A stretch of 64,000 bases of DNA from Flavobacteriales bacterium (GTDB lineage: Bacteria > Bacteroidota > Bacteroidia > Palsa-965), in NCBI GenBank assembly GCA_040377305.1, contig JBEIPA010000009.1:1-64000 (forward strand), read 5' to 3'. Shown piece by piece: positions 9,475 to 19,881 of the stretch; position 1 is the first letter of the stretch; every line of letters begins with the position of its first letter. Under the pieces are notes generated by a model. It was given only the letters and a program-made list of their open reading frames with translations, did no database searches and was not told the DNA's origin. The position numbers were made by a program, and so were the translations under genes.

Positions 9475-10413
9475 CTATTGGAGCTCATCAAACAGCCACT
9501 TCGTGATAGCTGTGCTTCCTGAATTGTTCATGTGGTCGTGGTCTGACCAGTTATTGCGGTTTTCAAGAATGTCGGTTGGAGGAATAAGAACGTTTCCAAA
9601 TTGCTGGTAAAACCCAAGTTCACGCGGCGGACAATCCGAGCAACCGTACTGCGGTAAAAAGAGAAAAATCAATTCAACGTTTCGTGCTTTGCAGTTGTTC
9701 GACAATCTTTCAATCCACGCTTTGTTGTATCCAAGCTGAAATTCTTCCCAGGCACCGGGAGGACTCCAGTGTTTTCGCTTCGCACAATATGCTGCAGCAT
9801 CGTCCATGTCTTTTTGATCGGCGATGAAATCAGTGTGCAGGCAACCAAAATATTTGCCGGAGGTTCTGGTGGGTTGTTGAGTCGATAACCATTCACCACG
9901 CAGATAATCGAAACGCAAGAGTGTACCGGAATAAATATTGGAGAAGTAGGATTGGTTGACGAATGATTCGGGATACAGCAAATCTTTTGTGCCGGCGAGT
10001 GTCCAATAAATCGGGTGATTGCCGGAACCTTCGCGTTCGTTGACTTCGAACACGAGTGTTTTCATTCCGGTTTGTGTGCTCAAAACGTCTTCCGCGATAA
10101 GCGTAAACAGATCACGGCCAAAGCGACAAAAGCCTGCATTGAGAATTTTCAGATCGGCACCTGATGAATCGTAATAATGTTGCAGCAAGGAATCGTCAAC
10201 TGCGCGCATGGTGCGTGAAGCTCCGACGAAAACAATGTCTGCCGGTCGATCCTGCAAGTACATCCTTGAATACAACCATTGTCCGGCGCCTTCGCATTCG
10301 TCTTTAATGTAGTTGTAAGAAAATTCTTTCGACACGCTCACATTAAGCACGAGCACCCACACAGCAACGAGCGGCAAACAGAAAAGAAAAAGCTGTGAGA
10401 GAAATTTTTTCAT
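9475..10413 (-). CDS. membrane-anchored SGNH-like (DltD/AlgJ-type) acyltransferase partner
   Basis: N-terminal TM, VFVGASRT (Ser nucleophile block), C-terminal DHDH (DxxH); starts 1 nt after the MBOAT stop. Confidence 0.7.
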   Translation of the reverse strand: MKKFLSQLFLFCLPLVAVWVLVLNVSVSKEFSYNYIKDECEGAGQWLYSRMYLQDRPADIVFVGASRTMRAVDDSLLQHYYDSSGADLKILNAGFCRFGRDLFTLIAEDVLSTQTGMKTLVFEVNEREGSGNHPIYWTLAGTKDLLYPESFVNQSYFSNIYSGTLLRFDYLRGEWLSTQQPTRTSGKYFGCLHTDFIADQKDMDDAAAYCAKRKHWSPPGAWEEFQLGYNKAWIERLSNNCKARNVELIFLFLPQYGCSDCPPRELGFYQQFGNVLIPPTDILENRNNWSDHDHMNNSGSTAITKWLFDELQ

Positions 10414-10414
10414 G

Positions 10415-11845
10415 TCAGAATTGGAAATAGACAAATGCCGGAGCGTTCATACTTACACCTAAGAATGCAATCAGAAAAATCAACGCATAATATCCAAGCC
10501 AGCGCACTGCTTTGGGTTTGCTGGAAAGTGATGGAATAATTTTGTGTGAATACGCATCGCCCACCAGAAACACCATCAGCGCAACGAAGAACACCAGCGC
10601 GAACTGAGTTGACACGAAAACATCGCTGAGCGCACTTCCGATTTTAATTCCTCCACTCCAGTTCGCGAAAATGGTGTGTTGAATTCTCCATGCACGTTCA
10701 ATTGAATCTGATTTGAACCAGATGAGACAGTACATGATGAGTAAATTGACAATCACCACGGACACAGCGGAACCGGGTTTCGATTTCTTTGGTAATGCTT
10801 GTTCACCGCAAATCAGCAAGCCCATGAGGAATCCCCAAATTATAAAAGTCCAGTTTGCTCCATGCCACAATCCGATAGTTGTGAACGTAATAACGATCGA
10901 GAAATACAAACCGAAAGATCCCCAGTTGCGAGTTTCAATGGTGAGTGGAGAAAACACGTACTGATTGAACCAGGTTGAAACCGAAATGTGCCATTGTCTC
11001 CAATATTTTCTCAACGAGGTGGCATAGAATGGACGATTGAAGTTGTCGATGATGTTGATGCCAAACAACTTGGCAACCCCTCTCGCGATATCCGAGTACC
11101 CAGAGAAGTCGGCGTAGAGCTGAATGTGAAATAGCAGTATTCCTATAGCGAGCGCACTTCCACTATACGAATCGGAGTGACTGAAAACAGGGTCAACAAC
11201 CTGCGCTAGACGATCGGCGATCACTACCTTTTTGAAGTAGCCCCAGAGAATGATGCGCAATGCAATTGATGTTTCTGGGTTACTGAATGTTCTTTTCTCC
11301 CGGAGTTGAGGGAGCATATTGCCTGCACGCTCAACGGGTCCGGAAAGCATATACGGGAAGAAAAGAATGAACGTGAAATAGTTTACCGGCGAAGTTTCGG
11401 GTTTCTGTTGTCGGCGCCACACATCGAGAATGTAACCGAATTTCAGGAATGTGTAAAACGAGATTCCGAGTGGCAGGATCAATGTTTCGGTTACAAATCC
11501 CGATTGCATTCCCAACAAGGACATCAAATCAGAGAAGGACTCTGCGAAGAAGTTGAGATACTTGAAATAGACGAGAACGCCGATGTTGATCAGTAGCGAA
11601 AGCAGCATCCACCATCGCTTTGGTTTCGCGGCAGAGGATTTTTCAATTTGTTGAGCGATGAAAAAATCAGCTGCTCCACTCGCAATGAGCAAACCGAGAA
11701 AGCGGACGTCCCACACTCCGTAGAACCAGCAACCGGCAACCAGGAGCACGATGTTCTGTACGCGGGCCGTTTTGCGCGACATCATCCAGTACACTGCATA
11801 AATCAGCACCAGGAAAACGACGAACGCAGCAGAGTTAAAAATCAT
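10415..11845 (-). CDS. MBOAT family O-acyltransferase (AlgI/DltB-like)
   Basis: LPLGISFYTF, GYFKKVVIAD, DFSGYSDIA, WRQWHIS, GLWHGANWTF. Confidence 0.95.
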   Translation of the reverse strand: MIFNSAAFVVFLVLIYAVYWMMSRKTARVQNIVLLVAGCWFYGVWDVRFLGLLIASGAADFFIAQQIEKSSAAKPKRWWMLLSLLINIGVLVYFKYLNFFAESFSDLMSLLGMQSGFVTETLILPLGISFYTFLKFGYILDVWRRQQKPETSPVNYFTFILFFPYMLSGPVERAGNMLPQLREKRTFSNPETSIALRIILWGYFKKVVIADRLAQVVDPVFSHSDSYSGSALAIGILLFHIQLYADFSGYSDIARGVAKLFGINIIDNFNRPFYATSLRKYWRQWHISVSTWFNQYVFSPLTIETRNWGSFGLYFSIVITFTTIGLWHGANWTFIIWGFLMGLLICGEQALPKKSKPGSAVSVVIVNLLIMYCLIWFKSDSIERAWRIQHTIFANWSGGIKIGSALSDVFVSTQFALVFFVALMVFLVGDAYSHKIIPSLSSKPKAVRWLGYYALIFLIAFLGVSMNAPAFVYFQF

Positions 11846-11916
11846 GCGTGTCAAATATCAGATTTTATTGCATCCGGATGTAAACCCGAACGGTTACATT
11901 TACATTCCATTTGCCA

Positions 11917-13623
11917 ATGAGCCTCGACTTTACATCACTCAAAAAAAATCTGAAGAAAGACACTGCTGCTTTCCCGAAAGTCCGCGTGGCTGTACTTGGA
12001 GATTTTTCGACACAGCTTTTCGTGCAGGCCTTGCGTGGCTGGGGAATTGAACGCGGATTTGACTTTCAGGTTTACGAAGCTGATATCGGGCAGATTGATA
12101 TGCAAGTGATGGACGGCGGATCTGAGTTGTATGAATTCGATCCGGAATATGTGCTCCTGTTACCATCGCCGTATAACCTGAATAAGCGATTCGTAGCGGG
12201 AAGTTTACCTGAGCGCGCCAGATTTGCAACTGATCATCTTTTATGGATTGAGGAAGTGTATCGCACGTTGATTTCCTCGTGTAAGGCAAAAGTTATATTT
12301 CCCAATTTGCCTTTGTTGGACGATGGTGTTTTCGGCAGCTATGGAAATAAAGTCACACAAAGCTGGATTCATCAGTCGCGTTTAATTAACACGCACATCA
12401 TGCGGTTCGCTGCCGAAGCCGAAGGTTTTTTCGTTGCTGACTTCGATTTACTACGCGCAGTAAATGTATTTGACATCCGCATGAAGGTGAATGCGGATAT
12501 GGATTACAGCCTGGATTTTATTCCGCTTGCTGCACGTTGCGTGTCGGATATTATTTTGGCAGCGAAAGGAATCGTGAAAAAATGTGTGATCGTTGATCTC
12601 GATAACACGATGTGGGGCGGAGTGATAGGCGACGACGGTATTGAGCGAATTCAAATCGGTGAGTTGGGCATCGGTAAAGCTTTCAGCAATCTGCAACGGT
12701 GGTTAAAGCAACTGAAAGAACGGGGAATAATTTTGTGCGTGTGCAGCAAGAATACGGAAGAGATTGCACTCGAGCCCTTCGTCAAACATCCCGACATGAT
12801 TTTGCGTCGTGAAGATATTGCAGTGTTTGTTGCGAACTGGGAATCGAAGGTGAACAACATTCGGCATATTCAGAAAGTGTTGAATATTGGATTTGATTCG
12901 ATGGTCTTTCTCGATGATAATCCGGCAGAGCGAGCAGTGGTGAGAGAAAACATCGATGGAATTACAGTCCCTGAATTACCAGAGGATCCGGCAGCGTATT
13001 GGCCATATTTGTGTGCACTGAATTTATTTGAAACTGCATCGTATAGTGAAGAAGACGCAGTTCGCACTAAACATTATCAGGAAGAAGCTGGAAGAACAGA
13101 GTTTCAGAAATCGTTTCAGAATGAAGAAGGATTTCTCGCAAGCCTGCAGATGAAGTGCGTCGCCAAACCTTTCGATGCGTTTTCGATTCCCAGAATTGCA
13201 CAGCTTTCCCAGCGTTCGAATCAATTCAACCTGCGAACTGTTCGTTATACAGAATCGGATTTAACGAAGATGGCAAATGATCCGAAATACTTCACCTGTT
13301 CTTTCTCGATGGGGGATAAGTTTGGTGATTATGGATTAATTGCTGCGGTTATTCTCGAAGCACGAGGCAAAGAACTTTTTATTGACACGTGGATCATGAG
13401 CTGTCGTGTGCTGAAGCGAGGCATGGAAAATTTCACAATGAATAAGCTCATGTCGGTGGCCCGAGAACAGGAATTTGAAAAGATTCTGGGCGAATACTTA
13501 CCAACACCGAAGAACGGGATCGTCGCGAACCTGTTGAGTGATCTGGGATTCTCCGGAAACGGAATTGTTTCATGTGATGTTGCGTCGTTCAAGGCGCGTC
13601 CGACTTTAATTGCAGCTGAATAA
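11917..13623 (+). CDS. FkbH-like HAD-IIIC glyceryl-ACP synthase
   Basis: DLDNTMWGG, CSKN, FLDDNPAE, RSNQFNL, DKFGDYG, MSCRV. Confidence 0.92.
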   Translation: MSLDFTSLKKNLKKDTAAFPKVRVAVLGDFSTQLFVQALRGWGIERGFDFQVYEADIGQIDMQVMDGGSELYEFDPEYVLLLPSPYNLNKRFVAGSLPERARFATDHLLWIEEVYRTLISSCKAKVIFPNLPLLDDGVFGSYGNKVTQSWIHQSRLINTHIMRFAAEAEGFFVADFDLLRAVNVFDIRMKVNADMDYSLDFIPLAARCVSDIILAAKGIVKKCVIVDLDNTMWGGVIGDDGIERIQIGELGIGKAFSNLQRWLKQLKERGIILCVCSKNTEEIALEPFVKHPDMILRREDIAVFVANWESKVNNIRHIQKVLNIGFDSMVFLDDNPAERAVVRENIDGITVPELPEDPAAYWPYLCALNLFETASYSEEDAVRTKHYQEEAGRTEFQKSFQNEEGFLASLQMKCVAKPFDAFSIPRIAQLSQRSNQFNLRTVRYTESDLTKMANDPKYFTCSFSMGDKFGDYGLIAAVILEARGKELFIDTWIMSCRVLKRGMENFTMNKLMSVAREQEFEKILGEYLPTPKNGIVANLLSDLGFSGNGIVSCDVASFKARPTLIAAE

Positions 13624-14534
13624 TGGAAATATCGTTCGAAGAATTCATTGTTCAGCGGATTACGGAAAGGAATCCGTTGCATTCGAAAAAGATCAGGAAG
13701 AATCTGAAGCGCATGAAGGGCGATCGTGATTTCGAAACGCTTTCCAAAACTTTCTACGACAAGTATGATGCGTATTTGCAGAGAAGTGCGAAGTCCCGGG
13801 AATTCGCAGTTGATAGTTATCTGAAAATGATTGACGACTTCACCGTGGAAACTGTGCGATTCGGAGAAACAGGAAAATATAGCAGCACATCGTTTGCCGA
13901 AGTCAACGCACGTGTATATGCGCGCCCGGAGGTGATGGAGTATTATATGCACGGGCTATTGCTCACTCAATTTATCTGGGTGCATCATTTCGAGCTATTG
14001 AAGTTTTATTCAGCCGAATTGACGCGCGTTCCCGGTGGAAACAAAAAATACCTGGAGATCGGTGGTGGACATGGATTATACGTGAATCTAGCACAGGAGA
14101 TTCTGAGTGGGAACTGGAGTTTTACCGTTCTCGATATCAGCGAAACGTCGCTATTGATGGCGAAGAATTTTGTGCAGGGGAGCGGAGTGAAATTTGTCCA
14201 CGCAGATGTGTTCACTCTCCCCGAATCGGAGAAGGCGGATTTGATTGTGATGGGAGAAGTACTTGAGCATGTGGAGAATCCGAAGGAACTACTTGTTAAG
14301 CTTGGCTCTATGCTTAGCAATGACGGAAGGTTATTCATTACAACTCCAACCAATGCTCCTGCCATAGATCACATTTATCTTTTCCGGAATACACAGGAAA
14401 TCCGAATGCTGATTGCCGAAGCCGGATTGATTGTTGAAACTGAAGGAGTGTTCAGTTCGGAAGACTGCGCAGTGGAATTGGCCGACGAGAAAGGAATTTC
14501 TGTGTTGTATAGTGCATTTCTGCGAAAGGAATAA
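13623..14534 (+). CDS. class I SAM-dependent methyltransferase
   Basis: YLEIGGGHG, GEVLEHVENP; TAATG overlap with the FkbH stop. Confidence 0.9.
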   Translation: MEISFEEFIVQRITERNPLHSKKIRKNLKRMKGDRDFETLSKTFYDKYDAYLQRSAKSREFAVDSYLKMIDDFTVETVRFGETGKYSSTSFAEVNARVYARPEVMEYYMHGLLLTQFIWVHHFELLKFYSAELTRVPGGNKKYLEIGGGHGLYVNLAQEILSGNWSFTVLDISETSLLMAKNFVQGSGVKFVHADVFTLPESEKADLIVMGEVLEHVENPKELLVKLGSMLSNDGRLFITTPTNAPAIDHIYLFRNTQEIRMLIAEAGLIVETEGVFSSEDCAVELADEKGISVLYSAFLRKE

Positions 14535-14553
14535 AAACAGTACACTTGTTAGT

Positions 14554-14796
14554 ATGAACAGAGAAGAAATACTTGGTGCGATTAATATGTTGTGTGGGGA
14601 TGTGTTTGACAACAATGCAGTGAACATTACCGAGAACACAACGGCATTGGACATCGAAGAATGGGATTCGCTCACACATATTCAACTGATCGTAGCCATC
14701 GAAAAGCATTTTAAGATCAAGTTTACATCGTCGGAGATCACTGGATTCAAAACAGTTGGCGAGATGTGTAGCTGTGTAAAAACGAAACTCGGTTAA
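14554..14796 (+). CDS. acyl carrier protein
   Basis: 80 aa, acidic, WDSLTHIQLIVAIE phosphopantetheine motif. Confidence 0.92.
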   Translation: MNREEILGAINMLCGDVFDNNAVNITENTTALDIEEWDSLTHIQLIVAIEKHFKIKFTSSEITGFKTVGEMCSCVKTKLG

Positions 14797-15182
14797 TGAC
14801 ACCGCATCACATAGGTTGTGTTGTTGCAGACATTGACGTGGCAATTGCGGAACATCGCGGCATTCACCAAGGAAGTGTGACTGAAAAAATATTGGTGTCC
14901 AGTCAGAATGTATGGGTGTGTTTTGCAGAGTTACACCCGGGGTTTTATATCGAGTTTATACAGTCGGCAGGAGAAGGATCGGCAGTAGAGCGCTTGCAAA
15001 AGAAGGGAATTACTTATTACCACCTCGGTTACAAAACACCTGGAATTTCGGAATCGATTGCTGTGCTGGAATCACAAGGCTTCAAGCTGATGAATACATT
15101 TTCATCGGAAGCATTTGACGGGAAGCAGTGCGCTTTTCTTTTCGGAAGCGACGGAAGATTAATCGAGCTGATTGAAGAGTAA
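14796..15182 (+). CDS. VOC/glyoxalase-family protein (methylmalonyl-CoA epimerase-like)
   Basis: HHIG...IEF...YHLG...LIELIE metal ligands; TAATG overlap with ACP. Confidence 0.85.
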   Translation: MTPHHIGCVVADIDVAIAEHRGIHQGSVTEKILVSSQNVWVCFAELHPGFYIEFIQSAGEGSAVERLQKKGITYYHLGYKTPGISESIAVLESQGFKLMNTFSSEAFDGKQCAFLFGSDGRLIELIEE

Positions 15183-15184
15183 CT

Positions 15185-16000
15185 CTACTTCAGGAAAAGC
15201 TCGTTCACCTTATCCCAGTTCACTACGTTCCACCAATCGTTGATGTAAGTAGCGCGCATATTCTGATGCTTCAGATAATAGGCGTGTTCCCAGACATCAA
15301 GACCGAGTAAAGGCTTTCCCTGAACATCCGTTATATCCATCAGTGGATTATCCTGATTCGGAGTTGAGGTAACCACAAGTTCTCCGTTATAGTTTACTAA
15401 CCAAGCCCACCCCGAACCGAAACGGTCCTTTGCTGCCATGGCAAACGTGTTCTTGAAATCAGCGAAACTTCCGAACGATTTTGTGATCATGTCCCTCAGT
15501 TCACCTGTAGGTTCATTGAGAGTTGGATTTTCTTTAGCTGGACGCATGATGCTCCAGAAGAAACTGTGGTTCCAATGGCCACCGGCGTTATTACGAACAG
15601 CAACGTCTTCTTGCGCAATATTTTTCAGTAATGTTTCAAGTTCTGTTCTACCAGCGAGACTATCGTCGACGTTATCTGCACTCACCACAGGTGCAGTTTC
15701 TACGCCAACGGAAATTTCAGTGACTTGCTCTGCATTTTTTTTCGCGAGCGCTTTATTCAGATTATCGACGTATCCCTGATGATGTTTTGAGTAATGGATT
15801 TCCATCGTACGTTTGTCGATCCATGGTTCCAGTGCGTCGAAGCCGTACGGAAGTTTCGGCAAAGAGAATTGAATTGCATCCCCGGCAGCATTCACTTGCA
15901 GCTGAGAATTATTCCCCGCAGTAAGAACTGATTTCCCCAGAACGCTGATTCCGATTCCGGCCAACAAACTTTTCTGTATAAATTCTCTTCTTGACGTCAT
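15185..16000 (-). CDS. sodA: Fe/Mn superoxide dismutase (Mn-type signature) with Tat signal
   Basis: SRREFI Tat motif; HYSKHH, NNAGGHWNH, NQDNP, DVWEHAYY. Confidence 0.9.
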   Translation of the reverse strand: MTSRREFIQKSLLAGIGISVLGKSVLTAGNNSQLQVNAAGDAIQFSLPKLPYGFDALEPWIDKRTMEIHYSKHHQGYVDNLNKALAKKNAEQVTEISVGVETAPVVSADNVDDSLAGRTELETLLKNIAQEDVAVRNNAGGHWNHSFFWSIMRPAKENPTLNEPTGELRDMITKSFGSFADFKNTFAMAAKDRFGSGWAWLVNYNGELVVTSTPNQDNPLMDITDVQGKPLLGLDVWEHAYYLKHQNMRATYINDWWNVVNWDKVNELFLK

Positions 16001-16008
16001 AGCTTAAA

Positions 16009-16530
16009 TTATTCAAATAGCACCAATACCTGATTCTTCTCCACTGCAGTACCTTTTTTCGCGATGATTTTTTTAATCACCACATCAGCAGGAGATTTCA
16101 GGATGTTTTCCATTTTCATTGCTTCGAGCACAATAAGCGGCTCACCTTTGGCAACTGTTTGTCCTTCTGTAACACGAACATCAAGAACCAAGCCAGGCAT
16201 CGGAGCTTTCATCTCGTTCACTTTCGAACTTGCTGCTTTGTCCATCCCAAGCGACTTCAGCAACTCGTCGTAACGATCTGTAAGCGCAACTTCGTAATCG
16301 CGACCATTCACTTTCACACTCATCGTCTTCGCTTCAAGATCGACGTTGAGAATTTCGACATTATATGATTTGTTGTCGCGTAAAACATGAAAGCGGTTTC
16401 CCCCGTCTTCATGCAAATCGATTACAGCACTATCTCCGTTGATTGTTCCGCCGGTGTTACCAGCATCATTCAGCACAATCGTGTATTCCGATTCGCCGTT
16501 GACTTTTGCTTTAAATTCCTTGTTCATCAT
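16009..16530 (-). CDS. biotin carboxyl carrier protein
   Basis: APMPG and EAMKM biotinylation motif. Confidence 0.9.
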   Translation of the reverse strand: MMNKEFKAKVNGESEYTIVLNDAGNTGGTINGDSAVIDLHEDGGNRFHVLRDNKSYNVEILNVDLEAKTMSVKVNGRDYEVALTDRYDELLKSLGMDKAASSKVNEMKAPMPGLVLDVRVTEGQTVAKGEPLIVLEAMKMENILKSPADVVIKKIIAKKGTAVEKNQVLVLFE

Positions 16531-16568
16531 AAATTGAGGTGTAAAAATACGTGTTCGAACCGACAATC

Positions 16569-16582
16569 CCGATAGCTATCGG
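16569..16582. repeat. CCGATAGCTATCGG palindromic REP-like unit (second, imperfect copy at 41946-41964)
   Basis: Perfect 14-bp palindrome in an intergenic region; near-identical copy upstream of typA. Confidence 0.6.
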
Positions 16583-16680
16583 CAGCCAATAGCCCGCATA
16601 TTCGGTTAAGAGGCTACTCCTAGTGATGGATGGAGAGGCAAAAGCAGGGAATTTGCTGATATTTGGTCGGACTCTTCACT

Positions 16681-19320
16681 ATGAAAAATAAGCACCTCTT
16701 AATCCCGGTTTTAGCAATTGCAATTATCGCGGCGTGCAAAACACAGCAGTCGGTAAGCGGCAATGCAAGTACACAACAGTCGCAGTTCGCGAGCATCAGC
16801 GCATATTCGCGCCCCGACTATCATCCAACGGCAAATCGTTTGATAGACATCACGCATATCAAGCTTGATGTAACTCCGGACTGGAAGAAGCGGTATTTGT
16901 ATGGCAAAGCTGAGATTACGGCAACACCCTATTTCTATCCGACAAAAACGATAGAGCTTGACGCCCGCGGAATGGACATCAAGAATGTGATCTTTCTCGA
17001 CTCCGCGATGAAGGTTCAAACCAGGGACGGAGCAATCATCACGGACTGGAAATACGAGAATAATGTAATACGGATTACACTTCCGAGAGAGTACGCGCGC
17101 AAGGAAAAATTGTATATCGAAATCGATTACACGGCGAAACCTAACGAGCTAAAAGAAGGAGGAAGTGCTGCAATCTCGAGCGACAAAGGATTGTACTTTA
17201 TCGATCCGGATGATACTGATCCAACTATTCCACGCCAGTTCTGGACTCAGGGGGAAACACAGGCAAGCAGCGCATGGTTTCCGTGCATTGATCGTCCGAA
17301 CGAAAAAATGACAACTGAAATTTACATGCACGTTGAACCGAATCTGGTTACATTGTCGAATGGACTTTTGGTTGACAGCAAGTTGGACGAAGACGGCTTG
17401 AAAGTGGACCACTGGAAAATGAATCAGCCTCACGCGACTTATCTCGTGATGATGGCAGCAGGAGATTTCAAAGTGGTGAAAGATACCTGGCGCGGAAAGG
17501 AAGTGAGCTACTACGTAGAGCCCGAGTTTGAAAAATATGGTCGAAGCGTTTTCGGAAAGACGCCTAAGATGCTGGAGTTTTTCTCAACGATTCTGGGCGT
17601 TGAATATCCATGGGATAAGTATTCGCAGATTTGCGGACGCGAATATGTTTCCGGAGCAATGGAAAACACAACTGCAACATTGCACAGCGATTTTCTTCAG
17701 ATGGATGATCGTGAATTGCTTGATGGTTCATTCGAAGAATATATTTCGCACGAACTTTTTCACCAATGGTTCGGCGATTATGTAACGGCAGAGTCGTGGT
17801 CTAATCTTCCGCTGAATGAATCGTTCGCAACGTACGGCGAGTATTTGTGGATTGAACACGAGTACGGTCGCGAGTGGGCAGACCAACATCATTACGAATC
17901 GTTGCAGGGGTATTTGTACGAAGCAGGAGTTCCTCACACTAATCCAGATGAGCCTGGAAAGATGGAGCCGCTGATTCGCTTCAACTATGAAGCACAGGAA
18001 GACATGTTCGATTCGCATTCGTACAACAAAGGCGGACAAGTGCTGCACATGCTGCGCCTTGAGGTTGGAGATGAAGCATTCTTTGCATCACTGAAATATT
18101 TTCTTGAAACGAATAAATTTCAGGCAGTAGAAATTCACAACTTACGTCTCGCGTTCGAAACAGTAACCGGCCGCGATCTGAATTGGTTCTTTAATCAGTG
18201 GTTCATGTCGCCTGGACATCCTGAGCTTGAAATGACTTACAAGTGGGATGCGGCGATGAAGCGACAAGTCGTGATCATCGAGCAGTTTCAGGATCTTTCG
18301 AAAGGTGCTCCAATTTTCCGATTGCCGATGAATGTAGACGTATATGTAAACGGAAAAGTGAAGCGGGAGCAGATCGTGTGTGATTCGAAACGCGATACTT
18401 TTTATTTTGATACTGATGCGAAACCCGATCTCGTAAACGTGGATCCTAATCGCCCGACATTGTGCTGGAGAATTGACAATCATACTGATGCCGAGTGGGC
18501 TTACATGTATCGTCATGCAAAAGGATATTCCGATCGTGTGCAGGCGATAGAAGCGATTGCGCCGCGTGGAGCTGAAACAACAGTTGCAAAGCAGGTTATC
18601 ACCGAAGCGATTCACGATCACCATTACTACATCCGCATACAGGCGTTGTGGAGAACATTTGCGATGGCCGATTCAATTTCCGATCAGTTGAAGCAACTTG
18701 CATTGAAGGATTCTTCCGCAAATGTTCGTGAGACGGCATTGTACATGCTAACTGAAGCCGGAGATTCTGTTGCTGCACTTGAAGTAGCGCGACAAACAAT
18801 CAACGATCAGTCGTATGCCGTGTTTAGCCAGTCGCTGTACGCAATTACGAAATACAGTCGTGAAGAAGGAATGAAACTCAGTGCGAAGTATGAGAATGAA
18901 CAGCATCGTCAGATCAAATTGGCGCTCGCACGGAATTATGGCGATCACGGATCGGATGAACAGCAGGCGTGGTTTGAGAAAACGATGTTCACCCTCTCTG
19001 GTCGTTCACAGATCAGCTTCCTGTATTCGTATTCAGAATTTCTGATGCATTGCAAAACATCGACAGTGGAGAAATCCATTGCAGGGCTGGAGCGATTACA
19101 TGCAACGTCTTTCTCAACCACCACAAAATACTTCTCGACATTTGTGATGCGCCGCTTGCAGTTGCACTATACGAATCTTGCAACTGCGAATGGAGAAAAG
19201 ATCGAGCAGCTCGGCGGACCGAAGAAAAGCAATCCGAGAATTGACCGGTTGAAAGAAGAGCAGGCGGAAGCGTTGCGTATGGCAGGAATTTTAGAGACGA
19301 GACGAAAAGCACTTAAATAG
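16681..19320 (+). CDS. M1 family aminopeptidase lipoprotein with HEAT-like C-terminus
   Basis: Lipobox IAAC, GAMEN, HELFH-x18-E. Confidence 0.92.
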   Translation: MKNKHLLIPVLAIAIIAACKTQQSVSGNASTQQSQFASISAYSRPDYHPTANRLIDITHIKLDVTPDWKKRYLYGKAEITATPYFYPTKTIELDARGMDIKNVIFLDSAMKVQTRDGAIITDWKYENNVIRITLPREYARKEKLYIEIDYTAKPNELKEGGSAAISSDKGLYFIDPDDTDPTIPRQFWTQGETQASSAWFPCIDRPNEKMTTEIYMHVEPNLVTLSNGLLVDSKLDEDGLKVDHWKMNQPHATYLVMMAAGDFKVVKDTWRGKEVSYYVEPEFEKYGRSVFGKTPKMLEFFSTILGVEYPWDKYSQICGREYVSGAMENTTATLHSDFLQMDDRELLDGSFEEYISHELFHQWFGDYVTAESWSNLPLNESFATYGEYLWIEHEYGREWADQHHYESLQGYLYEAGVPHTNPDEPGKMEPLIRFNYEAQEDMFDSHSYNKGGQVLHMLRLEVGDEAFFASLKYFLETNKFQAVEIHNLRLAFETVTGRDLNWFFNQWFMSPGHPELEMTYKWDAAMKRQVVIIEQFQDLSKGAPIFRLPMNVDVYVNGKVKREQIVCDSKRDTFYFDTDAKPDLVNVDPNRPTLCWRIDNHTDAEWAYMYRHAKGYSDRVQAIEAIAPRGAETTVAKQVITEAIHDHHYYIRIQALWRTFAMADSISDQLKQLALKDSSANVRETALYMLTEAGDSVAALEVARQTINDQSYAVFSQSLYAITKYSREEGMKLSAKYENEQHRQIKLALARNYGDHGSDEQQAWFEKTMFTLSGRSQISFLYSYSEFLMHCKTSTVEKSIAGLERLHATSFSTTTKYFSTFVMRRLQLHYTNLATANGEKIEQLGGPKKSNPRIDRLKEEQAEALRMAGILETRRKALK

Positions 19321-19392
19321 TTCCAGGTTCTATGTTCTAAGTTCAAGGCAATTGGCGCGCGACTCGAACACATAGAATCTGGAACATAGAAC
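19320..19392. repeat. inverted pair of degenerate heptamer arrays (GTTCYAN x4 / NTRGAAC x4)
   Basis: gttccag gttctat gttctaa gttcaag ... ctcgaac atagaat ctggaac atagaac, between convergent genes. Confidence 0.7.
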
Positions 19393-19394
19393 GA

Positions 19395-19853
19395 TTAATC
19401 GGGGTTGTAACCAACGTCTTCTTGCAGGTCTTTTCCAAGTGCAGCGGTGACAGCAAGCACGTCGCATCTTTCATTGAAGGGATTATCGGCGTGACCTTTT
19501 ACCCAAACCATTTTTAGTTTGTGCTTTGGATAGATGTCGAGAAAGCGTTCCCACAAATCCTGATTCTTTTTGCCTTTGAAATTTTTCTTCTCCCAGCCCC
19601 AAACCCATTTTTGGTTGATGCTTTCCACAACGTATTTCGAATCGGAGTATATGGTGACGTGATGTCCTTCGCCTTTCAATGTTTCCAGCGCAACACACAC
19701 ACCCATAAGTTCCATGCGGTTATTCGTTGTGTGGCGAAATCCCTCCGATAATTCTTTCATCTTGTTCCCCATCAGAAAAACAATTCCGTATCCTCCCGGA
19801 CCTGGATTTCCTCGTGCTGAACCGTCTGTGTAAATGGTAATGTGGTGCGACAT
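19395..19853 (-). CDS. rnhA: ribonuclease HI
   Basis: YTDGSARGNPGPGG, TNNRMEL, SDSKYV, WVKGH, NERCD. Confidence 0.96.
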   Translation of the reverse strand: MSHHITIYTDGSARGNPGPGGYGIVFLMGNKMKELSEGFRHTTNNRMELMGVCVALETLKGEGHHVTIYSDSKYVVESINQKWVWGWEKKNFKGKKNQDLWERFLDIYPKHKLKMVWVKGHADNPFNERCDVLAVTAALGKDLQEDVGYNPD

Positions 19854-19881
19854 TGTTACGCGAAGGTAACAGTCCTTCGAA

